Assembly (NCBI GenBank): GCA_030704615.1
Contig: CM060734.1
Span: 40,982,001 to 41,046,000 of the forward strand
Source: Takakia lepidozioides
Taxonomy: Eukaryota; Plantae; Bryophyta
Reading direction: 5' to 3'
DNA: 64,000 nucleotides
The position numbers and the translations under genes were made by a program. Shown one piece after another: positions 25,518 through 36,160 of the stretch. Position 1 is the stretch's first letter. Every line of letters begins with the position of its first letter. The notes under the pieces are model-generated. The model was given only the letters and a program-made list of their open reading frames with translations, was not told where the DNA came from and did no database searches.

Positions 25518-25905
25518 AACAAAAGATAAAATGATCTCATATGTCATTGTTTGCCGTAGCCTTGTGGCCATAGACCCCACGCCCAGTGGCGGAACAAAAG
25601 GGAGCAGAAATTACCTTTGTGAGGGGCTCACTCCGGTAGTGTGACTTACCTTGATAAAGACAATTAGTTCGGGTTTTCCAGATGTCCTCTAGAAAACCCT
25701 TGACACAAGCATCACATACTGTGTGTGAGCTGCCCAGCAATTAGACCCCAAGAGGGCCAGGGCCTCAGGCTCAGCCTCAAGATTTGGAAAGTTGGTGAAC
25801 AGAGGTGCAGGGACAATGTTCTTGATCGTCCTGAAGAGGGTTGCTCTCTGGTGAGAATATCCCAGGCAACGTATCAGAAAGTGCATATTGTCTTCAGGTT
25901 GAACA
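25518..25905 (-). mobile_element. 5'-truncated 3' end of an RTE/RTEX-like LINE, same family as 52750-54015
   Basis: Clear similarity to 52860-53235: HFLI.C.G.SHQR, EAEP.A.ALLG, tail GGCCACAAGGCTACGGCAAACAA. Confidence 0.75.
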
Positions 25906-27621
25906 GTAGTGTGGATCGGCAACCAGCTAGTCTAACCTAGAATAGTGGTTTGCGATCCAGTAGTTCTGCATGCAGTCAACCGTATAGCCACAGCCAGCAA
26001 TTTTCAAAAATTTGAGAGATCATACACCCTCTCAAGGTCTAAAACACTTGAGCTCTTGACTTGCACCTTCGCTGTTTATACGAAATGTCTACAGAGGACA
26101 GTAGTAGAAAGGCTTAAGACGAAGGCGCGATATACGAGGGGAACATACCAGTCCCAGAAGCCAACTTGGTCCTCGTACAAACACTACCATCAGCCCTATG
26201 GAAGTAGACCCCCCCTGGAAACTTTACGTACGTGAATGAGTGTGGTTCATGGGTTGAGATTTCCTCACTTGGGCAGAGTCTACTTCACAAACTCAGAGCA
26301 TAATTGAGTCTGTTCGAATTGAGACCCCCCCACACTCATTTAGCACCTACATGTTACATAGTCCACAGTGTAAAGCCGAAGCTGAAGAAGCATCTAGTTT
26401 TGAAGCTATGCATGAAGTTAATAGAGCCTAGAACCTGAGACTGGTCCTCCTCATTTCGTCATCTCAATCCACTCAGTCTGTTTTATGTCAGAACCTGACT
26501 TGTGATAAAGAGGGCTGCCTCATTAGAATACAGACAGATGTCTTGAATCTTCTTTGGTTGGAAGGAGAAACATGGTAAAATGAATGTATGGTGAGGAAGC
26601 TCGTTGTGGAGTCAATTGGTGGATTTGAGTGGATTCTTGTATAGCGCATGTATTGGTGGGCATATAGCCCATAGCTCACAACAACCAGACAAAGTGGTCT
26701 TGTCCCAGTCTTCCGATGACACTGCCCTTGGGGTGTCACAGACAAAGGAGGAGCAGTCAACGAGCATATCTTCCTCTCTTACAGAAGAAAACATGGGTTC
26801 ACTCTTGTTGAAATGGGAAGGCTTTTGGCTTGTTTGAGATCAGCAGCTCAGTCGGCTATTGACAACACTGGGAGTTATGCCAGCAATCAGCACATGCTTC
26901 TGTGGACACTAGCAATATCTCCAATCCTTGCATGGAAGGTTCACTGCTCTACAATTGTTTGGTACATGCTCCAAAATTTGGTCTCCAACCAATTGTGCTC
27001 TGTAGTGGGGGGAGTAGGTGGACTCTGTCCCAACCTTGAACTCCAACATGCACAAACCAATGTTTAAGTGTGAGGAAGTCTTGCAAATCCAGCGGCACTA
27101 ATAAACAACAGAATACCCCAGTACAATTACAATCACCAAGCAAACTTACTTGCCACCACCGTAGGATTGGATTTTGGTAGATCAAGGCCAGCTTTCGACA
27201 ACATTCATGCAAGTTAGTCAAGGGCTCCATCTAACGTAGCACCATGAGGCGTGTCCTTAAGATGCTGAACAAACTTGTGCACAAGGCTACCCCCCTAATC
27301 AAGCTCATTACAAATCGTATTCACTTTCATCTTCAAGCTTCAAAGAAGCTCCACCATCCACACCACAATTAGAAAAGCACTCTGATTTCCTTCCACTATC
27401 AGAGTCAAAATCCCCCCTTCACTCATTACCTGCTCCAGTTAAGTGCGATCATGGGCCGACTGTCCACCTCTGCTGGGTAGACTCTTGGCCCTTGGAAGGT
27501 TGATATGCCAGAGGAAATGCCCTCAACAGATATCGTTCTCAGGAAATGGTGGATGAATAAAATAGCTACGCAGATCAATAAATGAAGCAACACACGTGCA
27601 CCTTTCCAGAAAAACATTGTT

Positions 27622-28914
27622 TCACCAGTAATCCCCACAAGAACACACCCCATCTTTGAAGTGGTGAAAGCGATTAGCATCCCGCACAACAATTGCTCGG
27701 CCAACAATCTTGGAGATAAACTTCGTGGCGGTGTGGCAGTCACCACACACCTGAAGATTTTTTATGACAGGGAGAGGCGTCCCAGGGGCTGTGCTGATCA
27801 GCCCAAAACCAATGGCCAGCTTCTCACTGTGGTGGCAAAGAGAAAGTTCTTTTTGCTCCTCCCCCACATCATGCAATACAAAATGTGTGTCAGGTATATA
27901 CCCTGCCTCCTTCATCTGCCCAGACAACATTCTAAGCTCAGCATGGATTTCCTCAATTTTTGGATGCAATTTGTCATCTACAGCAAAGGTGTGCACCCTG
28001 GTGCCAACCTCTATGCTGCAGCGACCTTGCTCTTTTCTAACCCCTCTGACCTTCATCAGTTTTCTCACCTTTGCAGTATCGCCCCACCTGCCAGCTGAGG
28101 CATAGATGTTTGATAGCAACACATAAGTTGCGGCGTCATGTTCATCCCACTTGAGAATACATGTTGCCGCGCGTTCAGCCATCTCCACATTGCAATGAAT
28201 TCTGCAGGCACCAAGCAAGGCCCTCCACACCACAGCATTTGGTTTAATTGGCATTTTGTTAATGAAGTCCTCTGCCTCATCCAATTGCCCCGCACGGCCA
28301 AGAAGGTCCACCATGCAGCCGAAGTGCTCCACTCCTGGAGTAATGCCATGATCTTGACTCAGGGCTAAGTAGTATCTGCCTTCATCCACTAAGCCAGCAT
28401 GACTACATGCAGAGAGAGAACACATAAAGGTGATACTGTCTAGCTTCAATCCTTCCACTAACATTTCTTCCATTAGTTGCAGGGCCTCCATATCACAACC
28501 ATGCTGGGCATATCCTGCGATCATCACGTTCCACGACACCACATCTCGTTCAGCCATATTGTCGAACACTCCCTTTGCATCCTCAATGCTCCCGCCTTTG
28601 GCATACATGTCCACAAGGGTATTGTTCAGAATGACATCTGGTACAATTCCCGCTTTGATGATGTCACCATGGACCTCTTTTCCCTTTTCCAGGGCTGCCA
28701 GACTCGCACACGAATTGCAAACGCTAACAAACGTGATGTGGTTGGGCTTGACCCCTTCCCGCATCATTTGCTCATAGGTCTCCAAAGCCTCCATCCCACA
28801 CCTATGCTGCGCATATCCTGCAATCATAGCACTCCAAGACACCACATCTCGTTCAGCCATATTGTCGAACACTGCCTTTGCATCCTTGATGCTGCCACAT
28901 TTGGCATACATATC
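27622..28914 (-). pseudogene. 3' half of a PLS-class PPR-E-DYW RNA-editing factor gene, detached by inversion
   Basis: Open 429-aa frame: S-P-L-S-P2-L2-S2-E1-E2, then HHSEKLA, CGDCH, CSCGDYW; begins mid-S-motif at an L1 junction. Confidence 0.93.
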
Positions 28915-31050
28915 CTCACTGCCAGAGAAGGCTGGAGAATGGAAGCAACGACTTCGTCACGATTGACTCATACCTCACTGCGAAGCGTAATCTGGATGTT
29001 GTCAGCTGAATTGGAGAACTTCATGAGAATCTGTGCGGGTGTAAATTGGTCTATGAAGGGAGAGAAAATGACGGCTTACATTTTCCAGAAAACAAAGCAG
29101 AGGAGGGAGGCAACACAATCAGTTCTATATTACTTCGCTGCTCTTTTTCCATTGCCTCTTGAAGCTGGCTCTGAGGTCTCCAGGGCAGAGGTCCTTACAT
29201 CCTTTCCCTCTTTGTTATCTGCTGTAGATCAAGCGGCCTTATCCAAACCATTCCTAGATATGAAGCTGTTGCATGCAACTGAATAGTTCTATGAAGACCC
29301 CTGGTCTTGACGGGCTGCCAGTTGAGTTCTTCAAGGAAATGACGTGGGACTGTATTGACGACGACGACTTTCTTAAGATGGCTAATGACATCCTCCAGAA
29401 AGGGATGATGCCATCTCAGTTGTCGGAAGGAGTGATCACTCTGGTTTACAAAAAAGGCAATCGGAACAACCTGTCAAACTACAGGCCAATCACTTTGCTC
29501 AACTCTTCATACAAAATCTTGGCGAAATGTCTGGCTTTGCGGCTTCAACCTCTGCTGCCCAAGCTAATAAGAGCGGAGCAAACTGGTTTCCTCAGAAACA
29601 TGATGATCATTGACAACATTCTGCTCACACACGACGCCATGCACAAAACAAATCATGCTCAGCAACCATTAGCCCTGCTCATGCTTGACTTTCAGAAGTC
29701 CTTTGAGAATATAAATTGGAAGTATTTGTTGGGTGCACTGAAAACAACTGGTATTGTCGGCAGCTTCTTATCTTGGATTGATATCCTTCTCTCCTCTCCT
29801 TCTAGTAGAGTGATGATTAATGGTGCGATATCTAGAGCTTTTCCCTTTTTTAAATCAGTCAGACAAGGGTGCCCCATGGCCCTTTTCCTCTTTCTCATCG
29901 CGGCGGACGGCCTAGTTCACCTTATGGATAAAAGAAACAACTCTTTTGGCCTTGTTATCCCACACTCCTTGTCTTTGAACCCCTCCTCTTCTATTGATCC
30001 TCCCTCTATGCTAATGATACTACCTTGTATATAGACTATAGCTGAGCCACCAACGTCAACAACATTCTCCATCCCTGAACTGTTTCTGTGAAGCTAAATC
30101 TGGCTTAAAGATCAACTGGGGAAAGTCTGTTGGGCCGCTGCTTGTGGGGAGGACCTGGGTCTAAAATGGCTTGATGATGGCCAGATGCACGAGTCTTTAG
30201 GGCACCAGAGAGGTCACGGCCTTTCTGATGAATACCATTTTGCTGCTGTGCTCTCGAAAATTAAGATGAAGCTCACCTATTGGAGTTCCTTGCACCTGTA
30301 CTCTATATGGGGCAGGGCGTTGATTGCCAACCAGTCATCCTTGCCTCTTCCTAGTTCTCAGCTGCAGTCTGGTCTCCTGGTGCCCAATTCATCAAAAAGG
30401 TAAAGGCGATGGTGCGCAACTTTATGTGGGGGGCTACATCAAGATCTGCAAATAAGAGAGCATTGGTCAGTTGGGCGCAAATCTGTCAAAAGCGTAAGCA
30501 TGGAGGTCTTGGGGTCCTAGACCCTGAAACCCAAATTATTGCTTTATTGGCAAGGTGGGTGCCCAGGGTCTTCACCTGCCTGCAGAGTCCCTGGAGTAGG
30601 CTTGTTAGACACCATATTGCAGCAGCAATTCCAAAAACCAATGCCCTGTGGCCTTCTTCACTCAAATGGATTGTTCAAGGTGGTTCCATGAATGTTAACC
30701 CTGGCATGGGGTCCCAAGCATGGCAGACTATCTGGTCTGCATGGGGTAAGCTGCGGGGTTTCCTTGTTCAAACCATGTCCTCTTCCTTTAATGAAGTTAT
30801 CAGGCAACTGCTGTTTGGTAATTATAATCGTGAGTCTGAAGATCTTGTGTTTCGCTCTGGACAAAAGATGGTCTTACTGGGAGCAAGCAGGGCTGTCTCA
30901 TCTTATGCGCTTTTGGGATGTAAATGCACCAATCTTACCTGAGATGGCTGTTGTTGGCTTCTCCTCTAGAAGACTAGCCTTTGGACGGCAAACTATTATT
31001 GGGACTTTTGGCTCGGAGTGGAACCTCTCTCCTCTGCCTTATGGCTCTTG
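28915..31050 (+). mobile_element. L1-clade LINE ORF2, linker plus RT (3' half), degraded
   Basis: KTPGLDGLPVEFFK, NYRPITLLNSSYKILAK, EQTGF, LDFQKSF, SVRQGCP, YANDT in a shifted frame, KHGGLG. Confidence 0.92.
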
Positions 31051-31119
31051 TAAGATTTTTTTTTTTTCTTGTGCTTATTAACTAATACTCTTCTCGTATT
31101 CATGTTGTTGAATTGCTTA

Positions 31120-32430
31120 GTCTTCTTTTCTTCGCCGGCCCTAGTGTATACCAGCAGCACGGAAATACAGCTGCCGTACTTCCTCCACAGAATGAGGCAC
31201 AAAATTCAGACTCCTACGCTTTTCGTATAGCTCATGGCCGTACTTGGAGGAGACATTTTTGGGCCAAGGCTTCAAATTTGATGGGGTAGCTCATTTACAC
31301 TCGTTATCGACAGTATGGCGTATGGCGGTTGAGAGTCATTTTACCTTAGTACATCAAAACAGAGTGGGCACTTTAAGCCGATCTTTTTGCCCTCTTGATC
31401 CAGCCTTGTGTCACACTCGAAGTGCTTCTACTAATTTTGCATCATATTCATCTGGAGAATACCAAAAAATTTGATATTGCGAATCATTCATAGGTGACAG
31501 CCAAGGAAAGTTGCGATTGTCGACATGGTCTCGAGCTCTATATGCAACATGTAGTATTTTCATATAGCTAGGGAAGTTTTTTTTTTTTTTTTTTTTTTTT
31601 AAATAAAATTTATAATAATTATTAATAAAGAGAACAGGGGACAGTGGCCCTGGTTGGAATTTTATTAGAATTATTGAAGGGAAAAAAATTAAAACCCTTT
31701 GATGCCCGTAGGCTGCCATAAGTAGAAAACATTGTATTGGAAACATGTATTAGAAAATTGTGACTGTCAGCATTTCATACACCCTAGGTTTTGTCTTTTC
31801 TATTTTGTTTTTTGAAAATGGGATAGAGGCCCTGAAATTGAATGGTACAGAAACAGGTCTACCAGAAAGTTCAATAATCATACATGGGCGAACACAGCCG
31901 ACCAATGAGACCATTCTCACTCCATCACAACGTGACAAGAATTGTCCAGTCCTAGTCTTTGCAAGGTGACAAAGCTATCTCTGATGACGATGACATTCAT
32001 AGGGAGACCCAAGGAGACCCACGATGAGACACTTTGTTTGGCCAAATTGCTTGGCCTCCTTTTCTTCGGCGGCCCTAGTGTATCATGTATACCAGCAGCA
32101 TGGACGTACCTCTGCAGTACTTCCTCCACAGAACGAGGCACAAAATTCAGACCCCTAAGCTTTTCAGACAGCTCGTGGTCATACTTGGAGGAGTCATTTT
32201 TTGGGCCAAGGCTTCAAATTTGGTGGACGGCTAATTTACACCTGCTATCAACAGTATGGCGGTTCATAGCCACTTTACCTTTGATTACTTACATCAAAAC
32301 AGAACAGGCACTTAAGCCCATCTTTTTTGCCATGTTGATCTTTTAGCCTTGGGTACTCGAAGGTCTACAGATGCTTGTACTATTTTTCGCATCATATTCA
32401 TCTGGAGAATATCGAAAAATTCAATATGCT
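31120..32430. repeat. Two diverged ~370-bp direct copies (31120-31480, 32055-32430) of an unidentified sequence
   Basis: Shared blocks TACTTCCTCCACAGAA.GAGGCACAAAATTCAGAC, GGGCCAAGGCTTCAAATTTG and GCATCATATTCATCTGGAGAATA. Confidence 0.8.
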
Positions 32431-32856
32431 CCTTTGCGGGTGACGTGCACATAGTCCTTCCAATCTGGTCCACCCTTTCCTCCATGCTACAACCTCGAAT
32501 GGAAATGAAAACAAAATCTCACATGATACAAGGTCTATGCAGCGAGGTCTGCACAACAAGGTCTACACAACACGGTCCACTCACTGGGGTCTACAGGAGT
32601 GAGTCTACAACAGAAATGAGAATGCTACCAGCAATAAAGGATTGACTGCAACTCTTCCTCGGTCTCACTTGCAGCAGCATCAGTGAACCCGCAGATTGAA
32701 GACCTTGCCGAAGCAGCATGCTTGCCCATACCATCTTCTTGGGACAACAAGTTTCCCGTAGAGAGCAGCCTGCAGCTGCAATCGTGTCTTGTATCGGCGT
32801 TGCAAGAAGACGGACCCAAACATATCTCTCTGCCTCTTCCTCACTCACCGGCGGGG

Positions 32857-35800
32857 ATGGCAGCGTCTTCCCGCGTTCTCCTCACCGCCCACTCCATACC
32901 CAAGGTCCTGGCCACTTGCTTTGGTCATGTGGGAGGCCGGGAGTCATGCAGCGGATTGAGGAGCTGGGCTGTGGAGCTACCCCCCTTGGCAATGCGTAGA
33001 GGACGGAATTCCTTGCAGGTGGTTGCTATGGCTCCTCGCCAACCTTCAGGGATGCCATTCAAATTAGGCAATAACACGAAATAGTTTGCGGTTTCCTTTC
33101 TTGGGTTCGCTGTGAATTGTATGCGCAGTAGGAGCGAGGCTGGATTTTTGTTTTGAGCGATTAAGCAGAAAGGAATGTATTCTCAAAGAAAACACACGGG
33201 ATGGTTGGACAAGGCTGATAATTGGTATATGTGGCACGTAGGTGAACGCTGGTGCATGGAACACCGCTGGCAGGATTTCCTTAAAGATCCTTCACAATGT
33301 TGGGACTGCAGTATTGACAAGGTGAGCTTTCTTCATTTGGAGTCTGAGGGACTTCGACTGAACTCTGGTATAGTAATATTGTGTGGACTGGATTGGAACC
33401 CTAGTGGTGAGTGAAGTCAGAGGCAAAACTGCTTTTACTATCAGTATCTGGTATGAAAGTAGGATGTGCGAAGTCTTTTCCCCGGAGTTTGCAAGGTACT
33501 TGGGAGGATTGAGACTGTGGCTGCTCAGCTGCCCCTGGTCGTTTTCTCCGACCACTCCAAAATCTCCAGACTACAGACATAAGCAGCGCACACAAGAGGG
33601 CTTGTGGATTGATTGTTGGTTCAAGCCTTCTTGGGTGAAAGGAAAAGTAATTATCATGCCACAACGTCAAGAAGTCTGTTGATGGAGGAAAGATATCAGG
33701 TTGCTCTTCTGATTCTGGTCTAGATCGTGCAGCTCCTTCAAAGCTTGCAGATAAAAGTGAGTACGACTTACAGTGACCTGATAAGAGGGGCAGCCTTGTC
33801 ATTCACAAGCTTGTATAGCATTTGTGTAAGTTCGGACATGTCATATGTTCCTCATTGTGTATTCCAATGGAGCCCACAGTGACTTGCATGAATGTTGTTG
33901 AAAGCACTCCTCCTTAAAGGAATGTGTGTTGATGCTTTTGGAATTTTGGGCACGAAGGTCTACTGTGGAGCATGGAGCAGTGCTGGCACGAGTATTTTAA
34001 AGATCCGTCACAATGGTGGGACAACCACAATGGCAAGGTGTGGCTTTCTTAATATATGATGTGAAGATGCTTGTCCTTTCTGCAAAATTGGGCGCTTCCT
34101 GTCAGTATCGTGATTTTTTCTATTTCCTGGTGTTTACATGGTACTTGGGAGGGTCAGCTTGGTCTTAGGAGGCAGTGTTTGAATCTATGGCTGCTCAGAT
34201 GCACCGTGGTGGCTCTTACAGACAAATACGAGATCACCTGACTACAGACACAAGCAGCGCACACAAGAGTTCCTTTGGGTTGATGGTTGGGTGAATCCTC
34301 CTTGGGTGAAAGAAAAGCTAGTTGTTTTCATGACACAAGGTCAAAGACAATGTGGTGAGGGCACCTTCTTCAACACATTTGGGCCTTTTTTGTCCTCTTA
34401 TCAGAGTCATCCCTAAATTTTCAGGTTGATTCTGCAAGTTAGCTCGCCCGGTGGATCTATGGTGGTTTGGGGTGATTATGACATGTTACTGCCAATTTGG
34501 CAATAGGCAAATATCCAAAAACAGAAAGCAGAGACGAGGAGAAGCTTTGGAAGGAATATTTTTCGGAGCCCAGTCCATGGTGGGACAATGGAGGCAAAAA
34601 GGTAAATGCCTGTGAGAGAAGCAGACAACAAGATGCATTGCAAAGCTCGCTTGGAAATTGTAATCTCCTCTCTCTCCCCAGCACATTTTGAAAAACTTGG
34701 GAGCAATTCAGCATAGGAACTGTTGTGTGATAAGTAGAGTTGGGCTGTTTGCTAGAAAAAGTTAGGCGACTGCTAGCAGCAAGGGCAAAATCTATGCATT
34801 ATTGATGCCGAGGCTGGGATAGCTGAAGGAGGCAGGGATGGAGTGTGGGTCCAGATTCATCCGAGAGGACCGGATTTCAAGCGCGAGAGTACCTATGATT
34901 CCCTGTGGATTGTTAGCAACAACAAACCTGCATTGGCAGATGGTCAATGGAAGCAGCAGAAGCGACACAGTTGATAAAGTCAGGCACCTCCACCCTGACC
35001 ACAGCTTCCGGACAAGGACCAAGAGGGGGAGCCCACAATACCTCTTCTGGCACTTCTGGGCGTGTGAGGATGCCGTGTGAGGCAGGGCAACTGAAAGAGG
35101 CTGTACAGATTTTGAACCAAGGAGGCTTTTCAGCAGATTCAGATACTTATGTGTGTCTCTTGCATAAGTGCATCATGATGAAAGGCCTGGAAGCTGGAAA
35201 GCAGGTGCACTGTCACATTATCCAAAGTGGATTCAAGCCAAATGTACTTCTCCACAACACCCTTGTCAACATGTATCTTCAATGTGGGAGCATTGTGGAT
35301 GCACACCAAGTGTTCAATGAAAAGCCTGAACGAGGTTTGATCTCGTGTAATATAATGATGGCAAGAATCGGTGTGGTAAGAATGCTTTGGAGACATGTGA
35401 GCAAATGATGCAGGAAGGTGTGAAGCCCAACCACATCACGTTTGCTTGCGTTTGCAATGCGTGTGCAAGACTGGGAGCCCTGGAAAAGGGCAAAGAGGTC
35501 CACGCTGACATCATCAAAGCTGGAATTGTACCAGATGTTATTCTCAACACTGCCCTTGTGGACATGTATGCCAAATGCTGCAGCATCAAAGATGCCAAGG
35601 GAGTGTTTGACAATATGGCTGAACAAAATGTGGTGTCCTGGAGTGCTATGATTGCAGGATATGCGCAGCATGCGTGGGGGATGGAGGCTTTAGAGACCTA
35701 TGAGCAAATGATGTGGGAAGGGGTGAAGCCCAACCACATCACTTTTGCTTGCGTTTGCAATGCATGTGGGAGCCTGGAAGCCCTGGAAAAGGGCAAAGAG

Positions 35801-36160
35801 GTCCATGGTGACATCATCAAAGCTGGAATTGTACCAGATGTCATTCTCAACACTGCCCTCGTGGACATGTATGCCAAAGGCGGGAGCATCGAGGATGCAA
35901 AGGGAGTGTTTGACAATATGGCTAAACGAACTGTGGTGTCGTGGAATGCGATGATCGCAGGATATGTGCAGCATGGGTGCGGGATGGAGGCTTTGGAGAC
36001 CTATCAGCAAATGATGTGGGAAGGGATGAAGCCCAACCAGGCCACGTTTGTTTTTGTTTGCAATGCGTGTGGGAGCCTGGCAGCCCTGGAAAAGGGCAAA
36101 GAGGTCCATGGTGACATCATCAAAGCTGGAATTGTACCAGATGTCATTCTGAACACTGCC
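32857..36160 (+). pseudogene. 5' half of the PPR-DYW gene: transit peptide, 3 OSB-type PDF motifs, PLS repeats
   Basis: Approximate exons 32857-33018, 33169-33321, 33551-33665, ~33930-34037, 34221-34338, ~34425-34601, 34855-36160. Three W..(Y/F)F..PS.WWD...K | ...PD(Y/F)(R/K)...LW units, then L-S-P repeats. Lesions: CCG instead of CAG acceptor at 33550; frameshifts near 34946 and 35365. Confidence 0.82.

Noticed and set aside
26020-26235. CpG/TpA-rich patch that looks like reversed (non-complemented) sequence; similar at ~48850 and ~59600
   Set aside because: No mirror source found in the window and no recognisable product; could be chance composition
27622-28050. U-to-C (DYW:KP) type editing domain
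   Set aside because: It has canonical HSE and a terminal DYW and lacks the KP box; fits the C-to-U type
28477-29286. 269-aa plus-strand ORF
   Set aside because: Chimera of antisense PPR and L1 linker across the inversion breakpoint
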